From NCBI GenBank assembly GCA_015064695.1, contig SVRS01000003.1, forward strand, positions 15,025 through 79,024: DNA of 64,000 nucleotides, in the 5' to 3' direction. Source of the DNA: Oscillospiraceae bacterium. Lineage in GTDB: Bacteria > Bacillota > Clostridia > Oscillospirales > CAG-272. Shown here piece after piece: positions 35,693 through 43,760 of the stretch. The position numbers and the translations under genes were made by a program. Each line of letters opens with the position of its first letter. The stretch's first letter is position 1. The notes beneath the pieces were generated by a model. The model had not been told where the DNA came from, ran no database searches, and was given only the letters and a program-made list of their open reading frames with translations.

Positions 35693-36751
35693 ATGACCAT
35701 CCGCATCCCCGCTGAATACGACGGCAGACTACTCCGATCCTACTTAAAATTGACCCTGGGGCTTTCTACAGCCGTACTGGCATCACTAAAAAATAACGAG
35801 CAGGGTATCCTCGTCAATGGGCGTCGCGTGACCGTTCGCTATGTTCTGAGGGCGGGAGATTTGCTGGAGCTGCAGGATCGGGATACCGAAGAAAATGCAA
35901 CCGATCACGTCATCCCCTGCCGCCTTCCTCTGTCCGTTCTCTACGAGGACGACCACGTCATCGTATTGAATAAGCCTGCCGATATGCCGACCCATCCCTC
36001 CCATGGTCACTTATGCGATACGCTGGCCAACGCCTTGGCCTATCGGTATGCCGAAGCCTCGGAGCCCTTCGTGTTCCGCCCCTTGGGACGGTTGGATCGA
36101 AACACCAGCGGTATCGTGATTGCAGGCAAAACAAGGGCTGCCTCGGGTTGTCTCGGCCGTTCTCTCAAAAATGGGAACGTGACCAAACGCTACGTAGCCA
36201 TTCTGCAAGGAGAAATGCCTCTCGACGGATTGACGCATACCCTGGAGGCTCCCCTTCTCCATCCCACCGATACCGGGATCCGCCGAACCGTTGCAGAGCC
36301 GGGCACAGAGAGTGCCGTATACGCCAAAACCCTGTACCGGGTTCTGGCGGTAGGGGGAGGACACACCCTGGTTCTCTGTCAGCCCGTAACGGGACGGACT
36401 CACCAGCTTCGCGCACATTTTTCCTACCTGGGCTACCCCATTTTGGGTGACGACATCTACGGAATGACTTCTCCCTTGATCAACCGTCACGCCCTGCACG
36501 CCCTCTCCCTCTCCTTCCCGCTTCCCTTTTCCCTCATGGATGCCGCGCGAGAGGATACTCCTGCCCCCCTCACCGGAGCGTGCCCTGAACATCCTCTGAA
36601 TCTTCCCACCCCCGACGGCTATCTCCACACGTGGGCGCCCTTGCCCGATGACATGGCCCTCCTGCTGGATCAATTCTTCCCCACCGCCCCCATTCCCAAG
36701 GAACATCCGACCGTTCGTAATCTGCTCTGCCTTTATCCCATAGCTAATTGA
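35693..36751 (+). CDS. RluA family pseudouridine synthase
   Basis: S4-like N-terminus. Catalytic motif GRLDRNTSGIVIAGK. HQLRAH motif. About 60-aa Pro-rich C-terminal extension. Confidence 0.85.
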   Translation: MTIRIPAEYDGRLLRSYLKLTLGLSTAVLASLKNNEQGILVNGRRVTVRYVLRAGDLLELQDRDTEENATDHVIPCRLPLSVLYEDDHVIVLNKPADMPTHPSHGHLCDTLANALAYRYAEASEPFVFRPLGRLDRNTSGIVIAGKTRAASGCLGRSLKNGNVTKRYVAILQGEMPLDGLTHTLEAPLLHPTDTGIRRTVAEPGTESAVYAKTLYRVLAVGGGHTLVLCQPVTGRTHQLRAHFSYLGYPILGDDIYGMTSPLINRHALHALSLSFPLPFSLMDAAREDTPAPLTGACPEHPLNLPTPDGYLHTWAPLPDDMALLLDQFFPTAPIPKEHPTVRNLLCLYPIAN

Positions 36752-36801
36752 TCCGTATCACCGACTCCCACAGAAACACAAACAAAGCCCTTACAATTTT
36801 T

Positions 36802-38025
36802 ATGAAAAAAAACGTTATGAATCAAAAAAACAACGTTCCCTCCGAGAATGCCCCACGGCCGCCGAAGGCCTGCATTTCCGCCGCTGAATTCGCCGCACTC
36901 CCATCTGACCAAAAGTCGGCCTACCGCCCCGTAGACGCCAAATATGAGCGTCTGCCGCTGATCTGCATCATTCTGTACGGCATTGCCGCGCTCTGCATCA
37001 TCCTTTATATTGCCATGATGAACAGCACTGCCTTTGCCGATTGGTTCAACGAAACAGTCAGCGCCGCCTTGCGGGTTCTTTTCGCCACGCTTACCGATTG
37101 GCTTCCCTTTTCGCTGGGCGAAATGACCCTTTGGATGCTCCCCTTGATCCTGTTTTTGGTATTGCGCCATGCCATCCGCCACCGTTGCGATACTTGGCGT
37201 GCAGCGGTCGTATACGTACTCATGCTGCTTTCCGCCGTTGTGACCCTATTCTCGGTATTCGTGCTGAATTTTGCCGCAGGATATCGAGGTAGCTCCCTGG
37301 ACCAAAAGCTGGAGCTGGATCGGCAAAAGGTTTCGGCCGAGGAGCTTTACGATACGGCCGTGATCATGATCGATGCCATCAACGGAGTCACCGCCGAAAT
37401 CGATTTTCGACCCGAGGATTTTTCCGTCATGCCCTACTCGTTGGCCGAAATGAACGACAAATTAGCCGCGGCATACGGAAATTTTGCCGAGCAGCATAGA
37501 TTCATCACCCATGTGAACAGCCGTGTAAAGCCCGTTATGGCCAGCGAAGTGATGTCCTATATGCACATCACGGGCGTCTATTCTTTCTTCACGGGAGAGG
37601 CAAATATCAACGTCAATTTTCCTGACTACACCATTCCCTACACCGCCGCCCACGAGTTAGCACACCAACGGGGTATCGCAAGAGAGGACGAGGCAAATTT
37701 CGTGGCGTTCCTTGTCTGTATCGGGTCGGAGGATCCCTATATCCGCTATAGCGGCTACCTGAATGTTTATGAATACGTGGCAAACGCCCTGTATAAAGCA
37801 GATCGGGAATTATACTACAAGGCCGTTGCCCACCTCCATAGCGAGGTCAAATCCGAAATGACCGCCTACAACCGGTTCTATGACAAGTATCGGGAATCCA
37901 CCGTCAGCCAGGTATCCGGGAGCATCAACAATTCCTACCTGCAAAGCCAAGGAACGCCCGGAACCAAAAGCTACGGCATGGTCGTGGACCTGGCAGTTGC
38001 TTATTACAAGCTCCCGAACAAATGA
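36802..38025 (+). CDS. DUF3810-like membrane metalloprotease-like protein
   Basis: TM helices followed by the HELAHQRG motif. The start is uncertain (TTG 36748 overlapping the upstream stop, ATG 36802 or ATG 36817). Confidence 0.55.
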   Translation: MKKNVMNQKNNVPSENAPRPPKACISAAEFAALPSDQKSAYRPVDAKYERLPLICIILYGIAALCIILYIAMMNSTAFADWFNETVSAALRVLFATLTDWLPFSLGEMTLWMLPLILFLVLRHAIRHRCDTWRAAVVYVLMLLSAVVTLFSVFVLNFAAGYRGSSLDQKLELDRQKVSAEELYDTAVIMIDAINGVTAEIDFRPEDFSVMPYSLAEMNDKLAAAYGNFAEQHRFITHVNSRVKPVMASEVMSYMHITGVYSFFTGEANINVNFPDYTIPYTAAHELAHQRGIAREDEANFVAFLVCIGSEDPYIRYSGYLNVYEYVANALYKADRELYYKAVAHLHSEVKSEMTAYNRFYDKYRESTVSQVSGSINNSYLQSQGTPGTKSYGMVVDLAVAYYKLPNK

Positions 38026-38094
38026 AGGAAACGGCACCTTCGGCTTATCGTGCAAGGCATATTTCCCGAGGGTGACGGAATCCCGACAACAAAA

Positions 38095-38141
38095 AAGACT
38101 GAAGGACCGCGCAAACGTTTTTCCTCTTCTTCAGTCTTTTT
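38095..38141 (+). terminator. probable intrinsic terminator
   Basis: AAGACTGAAG ... CTTCAGTCTT plus a T run. The loop is large (about 20 nt). Confidence 0.45.
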
Positions 38142-38177
38142 CAATGTAAATATTTTGTTAATACTTTGTTCTTCTAC

Positions 38178-38206
38178 TTGCCAAAAATATACAAATATGT
38201 TATGAT
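38178..38206 (+). promoter_or_regulatory. sigma-A type promoter upstream of murA (about 210-nt leader)
   Basis: TTGCCA, 17 nt spacer, TATGAT. Confidence 0.45.
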
Positions 38207-38423
38207 TATAGTGATATAAACCCACAAATTCATCTATTTTTGGTACATTATTGTTTGTTTATGCCGAAAAAACGAATCTCTTGACCGATCTTACATGCCC
38301 CCTCGGTTCCATGGCTCGCCTTTCGGTTTTTGTGTTGTACAGATCCGACATTCATCGCCCTTTTACTACATAGAAAGATCGATTTGTGTCCGTCCTTCGC
38401 GGCGTTCACAACGAATATAGAAC

Positions 38424-39725
38424 ATGGAAAAATTGTTTGTCCAAGGCGGCCGCCGTTTAAGCGGCTCCATTTCAATCAGCGGCATGAAAAACGCCGCGCT
38501 TCCCATTCTGTTCGCCTGCGGATTGTGCTGTGAGCCCTGCACCATTCACAATGTTCCCGATGTCAGCGACATTGCAAATACCCTGGAGATCCTGGCGGCT
38601 ATGGGTTGTGAAATCCGTCATCTCGGCCCGAACTCCGTGGAGATCAACGGAGCGAACTTTCGCGTTGGCACCTCTCCCGACCGTTTGGTCGAAAAAATTC
38701 GCGCCTCCTCTTACCTCATGGGCGTAGAATTGGGCCGCGAGGGCAAAACACGCATCGCCTATCCGGGCGGTTGTAAGTTCGGCTCGGCCCGCCCCCTGAA
38801 CTACCATACCCGCGCCTTTGAGATCATGGGCGCAGAAATGGAGGTATCCGGTCAGGGCTTCTATGGCGAAGCGCCCGGCGGTCTTCACGAGGGCAAGATT
38901 ATTTTGGATATGGCCTCGGTAGGTGCGACCATCAATATTATCCTGGCGGCAACTCTGACTCCCGGCACGACCATCATCGGGAACGCAGCACGGGAGCCTC
39001 ACATCGTCGCTTTGGCAAACTTCCTCAACATGTGCGGCGGTAAAATCCTGGGCGCCGGCACCTCGGAAATCCGTATTGATGGTGTCCGCAAGCTTCACGG
39101 CTGTACCTACACCATAATACCCGACATGATCGAGGCAGGTACCTATATGTGTGCCGTGGCGGGCACAGGCGGATGTGTGACCTTAACAGATGTGATTCCC
39201 AAACACCTGGAATCCATCATCAGCAAGCTTTCTGAAATGGGCGCCGACATTGAGATTGGAGAGGACACCCTCCGCATCTCATCCAACGGTGTGTTGAAGG
39301 GAACTCAGATCACCACAGCCATCTATCCCGGTTTTCCCACGGATATGCAGCCTCAGTTTGGTGTTCTGCTCTGCGTGGCGCAGGGTATGAGTACCATCAA
39401 TGAGAAGATTTGGGATAACCGCTTTGCCTACCTTGACGAGCTGGTGCGCATGGGCATTACCGTTTCCCGCACCTCCAGCACCGCCTGGTTTCCCGGGAAT
39501 CAAAAGCTTTTCGGCTCCTCAGTAGCCGCTACCGATCTGCGTGGCGGAGCGGCTATGGTCATTGCGGGACTCATGGCCGACGGCATCACTGAGATTTCCC
39601 ATCCTGAGTATATTGATCGTGGATACGACAATCTTATCGGAAAGCTTCAAGCGCTGGGCGCCGTAATCGAGCGACGGGAGATTTGTACCGAAAATGCCGC
39701 ATCCATTGTAAAAACGAATTCGTAA
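38424..39725 (+). CDS. murA: UDP-N-acetylglucosamine 1-carboxyvinyltransferase
   Basis: 433 aa. ISGMKNAALPIL, active-site Cys region PGGCKFGSARPLNYH, FPTDMQPQF. Confidence 0.92.
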   Translation: MEKLFVQGGRRLSGSISISGMKNAALPILFACGLCCEPCTIHNVPDVSDIANTLEILAAMGCEIRHLGPNSVEINGANFRVGTSPDRLVEKIRASSYLMGVELGREGKTRIAYPGGCKFGSARPLNYHTRAFEIMGAEMEVSGQGFYGEAPGGLHEGKIILDMASVGATINIILAATLTPGTTIIGNAAREPHIVALANFLNMCGGKILGAGTSEIRIDGVRKLHGCTYTIIPDMIEAGTYMCAVAGTGGCVTLTDVIPKHLESIISKLSEMGADIEIGEDTLRISSNGVLKGTQITTAIYPGFPTDMQPQFGVLLCVAQGMSTINEKIWDNRFAYLDELVRMGITVSRTSSTAWFPGNQKLFGSSVAATDLRGGAAMVIAGLMADGITEISHPEYIDRGYDNLIGKLQALGAVIERREICTENAASIVKTNS

Positions 39726-39797
39726 ACCTATCCCCATTCTCCGGCCACCACACGAAGAATGGGGATTTTGTTCAACAAAAGCATCGGAGGTTTTATT

Positions 39798-41246
39798 ATG
39801 TTCCAAGAAAAACGCATTCTGGCCGTGCTGCTCTCGGCGTTGCTGATCCTTCCCTGCGTGGCCTGCGCCAATGGAAACGATCCGTCAAGAGAAACTAATG
39901 GCATCTTCACGACCGCTGATTCCGAAAACGACTCCGAGTTTTTCCCCAACGTTGAAAAGCAGGACTACCATGGAGAAACCTTTTGCATGGCCGGCACCGG
40001 CGGAGGAGGCGATTGGTACTTGGCTGACGAATATAAGGCCTCCGACGGAAATATCCATGTGCTCAACAATACCATCTATGAGATGAACACCTTGATTGAG
40101 GATCATTTAAACGTAGAGCTGGTGAGCGGTAAATCAGCCGGTGTCCCCGTGGAAACCGCGATCATGTCCGGCGATGATATCTATCAAGCCCTCGTGCAAC
40201 ACGCCTATTTTGAAGTGGCTCCCTACATCAGCCGAAATTTTGTCATAGATATGAACGAGCTGGACGCGTTGGATTTCAGCCAGTTTTACTGGAACGGTGA
40301 TACCATTGAAGAATTGAGCATCAACGACCACGTCTACGTGGCTGTGGGCGACATCTGCCAAAGCGAGATCCACATGATCTACACCAACAAGGACTTGATG
40401 GCCACCGCCAATATCAAAATGCCCTACGATCAAGTTCGCAACGGCGAATGGACCTTCGATGCGTTGACCGCCATGACCGCCAACCTCTACGTAGACGACG
40501 GTGACGGCCAACAGAACAATAAGGACATCTACGGCTTCGCGGGAAGCTGGGCCGACTGGGGTGCCGTCCTCCCCCAAGCCGCCGATACCTTCGTGGCCTC
40601 AAAAAATTCCGACGGTGGTTTTGATCTGACACTTTACAGCGACCGCACAGCGGAATTTTACGAAAAAGTATTCGCCTGGACGCAGGATGAGAGTGTCCGA
40701 ATCTGGTTCTATGGTGCGCCCGAGGGTGATTCGGTGGACTTCGCAAGCAACCAGGTCTATCTACACGGCAGCACCCTGGGCACCAAGTATCTGAGCGTGG
40801 ATTTCAAGCTGGGTATCCTACCCATGCCCAAGTATGATGTTGCCCAGGAAAACTACTCCCACGTCAACTGGGGCGACGAGATTTTAGTTCCAACCACGGT
40901 CAAGAACCGGGATATGGTGGGTCAGGTGCTGGAGCTGATGAGCTTTTACAGCGGCACTATGGTGCGAGAGAAATACTACGACGAGGTGCTTCAGCTCCGG
41001 GTCTCCGAAGCACCCGACGACCGCGATATGGTGGAGCTGATCTACAATACCATCGTCTACGACCCCGGCATGGTCTATGCCCATGCAGGCGGAAGCGAAA
41101 CGGGTTCCATCTATCCGCTGATCTATACGTTCTATTTCTGTATACAAGACAAAAAACCCAACATTACTTCCTACTATCAATCCTATGCCAAGCCTGCTCA
41201 GAAGCAGATCGACACATTGATCAAAAAGGTATTCCAACGGTCTTAA
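39798..41246 (+). CDS. lipoprotein, probably an extracellular solute-binding protein (no permease genes adjacent)
   Basis: Trimmed to ATG 39798 after GGAGG. Lipobox ILPCVAC. The size and composition resemble family-1 SBPs, but the assignment is weak. Confidence 0.4.
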   Translation: MFQEKRILAVLLSALLILPCVACANGNDPSRETNGIFTTADSENDSEFFPNVEKQDYHGETFCMAGTGGGGDWYLADEYKASDGNIHVLNNTIYEMNTLIEDHLNVELVSGKSAGVPVETAIMSGDDIYQALVQHAYFEVAPYISRNFVIDMNELDALDFSQFYWNGDTIEELSINDHVYVAVGDICQSEIHMIYTNKDLMATANIKMPYDQVRNGEWTFDALTAMTANLYVDDGDGQQNNKDIYGFAGSWADWGAVLPQAADTFVASKNSDGGFDLTLYSDRTAEFYEKVFAWTQDESVRIWFYGAPEGDSVDFASNQVYLHGSTLGTKYLSVDFKLGILPMPKYDVAQENYSHVNWGDEILVPTTVKNRDMVGQVLELMSFYSGTMVREKYYDEVLQLRVSEAPDDRDMVELIYNTIVYDPGMVYAHAGGSETGSIYPLIYTFYFCIQDKKPNITSYYQSYAKPAQKQIDTLIKKVFQRS

Positions 41247-41252
41247 CGACCG

Positions 41253-41272
41253 AAAAGGGCTTTCTCGATAGG
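41253..41272. repeat. left arm of the 20-nt inverted repeat bounding the AT-rich RHS cassette
   Basis: AAAAGGGCTTTCTCGATAGG is 18/20 complementary to 43515-43534. Confidence 0.75.
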
Positions 41273-41426
41273 TTGTCCCCGATTTGAAAAATTGAGTGAG
41301 CTCGGAGACTACCTTGAGCGGCTGAAGATCATCGAATGGAAATTCTACAATCGTTTTCTCTGAGAGGTAATCTTCGGCTATAACGGCAGAGATGGAGTTG
41401 TAACCGATGATAACGGTCTCATTTAT

Positions 41427-42350
41427 ATGAGAGCACGTTATTACTCGCCTGAGATGAAACGATTCATCAATGCGGATATTATTCCCGGCAGACTGTCTAA
41501 TGCAGTAACCCTTAACCGTTTTGCTTATGCTAACGGCAATCCGGTTTCCTTGGTGGATCCGTTCGGTTTGAGTGCGGAAAGAAACGTAGAATCAAACACT
41601 CCTTCTCCTAATTATACACAGGCAGTATTCGTTTCCAATTTTAATTATCTGTTTCCGATCAACATTACTGGACACACACAACTTTATTTTTGGGATGACA
41701 ATAATAAAAAATGGTATATCACAGAATTTACTGGTTCAGACAAATCAACTGCAAAGGTCATTTTTAAGGAAGCCGCTCCTCCAATGTACGACGTCACGAC
41801 AGGTCAATGCAACAAAGATATTGACGGGATCAATTATGTCGTTTTAACTGGTAATTTTAATGATAGTGTTGCATTAGCAGAAGCTTATAAGTCTAATGGC
41901 TTTGGGAGATATAACTTCTTATTCCATAACTGCGCCGATTATACGAATGAGCTCTTGGATGTAGCTAACATTGATGGGATGTCAAGCCAAATACTTAGTG
42001 AAGGAATCACTTTCCCATCAAAACCAATATCGATTCCGGTATTAAGGGAAATTGAACTCTCCGTTTCAGATGCAGTAGATTCGGGCATCGAATGGGCGAG
42101 TGACGGTCTCGTTGATCTTGGAAATTCAATGAAAGGTTCAAACATTGTCGGGGATGTTGTAGGATCTGCTTTGGTCGGAACCGGAAACTTTATCGACGGT
42201 GCTACCAACTTTGTTGGTGACGCGATAGATGTTGTAACCGGTGTCGCCGGTGAATTTGTTGATGATGTTAAGGATGTTGTAGCAACAGTAACCAATGCTA
42301 TTGCCGACGGGGCTCAAGCCGCTTGGGAGTGGATTTCTTTTTGGGATTAA
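41427..42350 (+). CDS. orphan, 5'-truncated RHS core tip fused to a C-terminal toxin domain
   Basis: The homologous frame opens at 41364 just after a TGA (FGYNGRDGVVTDDNGLIY). YMRARYYSPEMKRFINAD...NRFAYANGNPVSLVDPFGL is the canonical RHS-associated core end. No SD before ATG 41427. A 259-aa variable C-terminus follows. Confidence 0.75.
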   Translation: MRARYYSPEMKRFINADIIPGRLSNAVTLNRFAYANGNPVSLVDPFGLSAERNVESNTPSPNYTQAVFVSNFNYLFPINITGHTQLYFWDDNNKKWYITEFTGSDKSTAKVIFKEAAPPMYDVTTGQCNKDIDGINYVVLTGNFNDSVALAEAYKSNGFGRYNFLFHNCADYTNELLDVANIDGMSSQILSEGITFPSKPISIPVLREIELSVSDAVDSGIEWASDGLVDLGNSMKGSNIVGDVVGSALVGTGNFIDGATNFVGDAIDVVTGVAGEFVDDVKDVVATVTNAIADGAQAAWEWISFWD

Positions 42351-42423
42351 AGCTTTTAGATAATAATTCAATATTGCAAAAACATAGATGAAAACAGTCA
42401 ATTATAAGGAGGCATGCGGATTA

Positions 42424-42999
42424 ATGAAAAAAATTATTGCTTTTGGTATAACGTGCATTTTTCTGTGTCTTTTCAGTTCTTGTACAACTTACAAAAATAT
42501 TACTTTCATTGAAAATGATGGCGAAGAATATTTATTGTATCAAGACAAAAAGTATTATGAAACCCCCATTTTTAACGTAACAAAAAATTATGGAATAAAA
42601 AACGAAAATGACACCGAATTAGGTTGGTATTACAGTTGCCCATTTTCTACTCGGTTTTATTCCGAAAACTTGGAAAGCCCAATTTTTATATACACAATCG
42701 GCAGTGATACAAGCGTGTATCTTAGAGAAGACTATGAATATTCAACTGATACTTTCGTAGTAGAAGAAACATGTGCCGAGATCATTTGGAAAGATATTTT
42801 TAGTAGCGAAAAAAACGATGTTCAATTTTCGAACCCAATTGCAGTAACTCTATACTCAAAACAATATCCTCGTATAAAAACCTCTTTAGTACTATCGTTT
42901 GTTGATGAGAAATGGTATATACGTTATTCTGATTCTCAAGAAATATGGATTCCATCAGATGAATTCTTGAAAATTCTTTCTGACAACGGAATTATTTAA
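42424..42999 (+). CDS. lipoprotein, candidate cognate immunity protein
   Basis: Lies immediately downstream of the toxin module. Lipobox LFSSC. AT-rich. The start could be ATG 42388 or 42424. Confidence 0.5.
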   Translation: MKKIIAFGITCIFLCLFSSCTTYKNITFIENDGEEYLLYQDKKYYETPIFNVTKNYGIKNENDTELGWYYSCPFSTRFYSENLESPIFIYTIGSDTSVYLREDYEYSTDTFVVEETCAEIIWKDIFSSEKNDVQFSNPIAVTLYSKQYPRIKTSLVLSFVDEKWYIRYSDSQEIWIPSDEFLKILSDNGII

Positions 43000-43012
43000 A
43001 AACACAACTGTT

Positions 43013-43043
43013 CAGCCGCACTTTCGGGTGCGGCTGTTTTTTC
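43013..43043 (+). terminator. intrinsic terminator after the immunity gene
   Basis: CAGCCGCAC, TTTCG loop, GGTGCGGCTG, then TTTTTT. Confidence 0.8.
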
Positions 43044-43391
43044 TTGGTACTTGCAAATTCGACCAAAATGTGTTATACTTATGACGGCCTCAGTAGAGTA
43101 ACATCAAGAACCATTAAGAATCTTGATGATGATTCTGTAATTTCTACTGAGACGTTCACGTATGATGCCGCAAGTAATATTACAGGCGCTTCTACTGATA
43201 CGAGCCTTGTTTATGATACAACCAATAGACTTACCTCGTATAACGGTAATACAGTAACGTATGACCTTGACGGCAATATGCTGTCTAACGGTACAATTAC
43301 CTGTACTTATGACTCGGCAAACAGACTCGTTTCTGCGGGAGGTCATACCTACACTTACAACGCTGAAGACGTAAGAATTCGTAACCTTTAA
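43044..43391 (+). pseudogene. YD-repeat (RHS shell) fragment
   Basis: CYTYDGLSRVTS, FTYDAASNIT, LVYDTTNRLTSY, VTYDLDGNML, CTYDSANRLVS, YTYNAEDVRI are consecutive YD repeats. It begins right at a terminator with no RBS and lacks both ends of an RHS protein. Confidence 0.65.
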
Positions 43392-43435
43392 CAAACTTAT
43401 ATAGCTTCGCTCTCACCTATATTATAGCACAAAAA

Positions 43436-43468
43436 AACGCAGAAAATCAATCTGCGTTTTCTGCTTTT
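43436..43468 (+). terminator. intrinsic terminator-like hairpin
   Basis: AACGCAGA, 7-nt loop, TCTGCGTT, then TTCTGCTTTT. Confidence 0.6.
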
Positions 43469-43514
43469 CCTGTCGGTAGGTAATGTACTCCAAAGCTGTC
43501 CTTTCGGGTACGTC

Positions 43515-43534
43515 CCTATTGAGATAGCCCTTTT
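43515..43534. repeat. right arm of the 20-nt inverted repeat bounding the RHS cassette
   Basis: CCTATTGAGATAGCCCTTTT followed by T runs. Confidence 0.75.
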
Positions 43535-43550
43535 TGGCGTATTTTTTTAC

Positions 43551-43755
43551 GGAGAGCGTGCCTCCGGTGGTTTAAGGGTCTTTGGGAAACCTCCTTGCTT
43601 TGTTCGGGGCAAATTCGTCTGCGGCGAAGTCCGCAAGTCCCTTAAGAATCCCTAAAACCTTCAGAACATAAGCCAAATACTTTTTTGAAGGTTTTGGGAG
43701 ATCCCCAAGAACCTTTTTTCAAAAAGGTTCTTGGGGCGCCGGAGGGATGCTCTCC
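43551..43755. repeat. copy A of the modular palindromic repeat family (MITE-like, 205 bp with terminal inverted repeats)
   Basis: The first 17 nt of the left end GGAGAGCGTGCCTCCGGTGG (43551-70) match the reverse complement of the right end CCGGAGGGATGCTCTCC (43739-55) at 15/17. Internal hairpins at 43655-98 and CCCCAAGAACC..GGTTCTTGGGG (43703-36). Confidence 0.7.
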
Positions 43756-43760
43756 CGTTC

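Noticed and set aside
38207-38423. Possible riboswitch in the ~210-nt murA leader
   Set aside because: Only weak, imperfect pairings were found and no known riboswitch core was recognised, so it is left as a plain leader.
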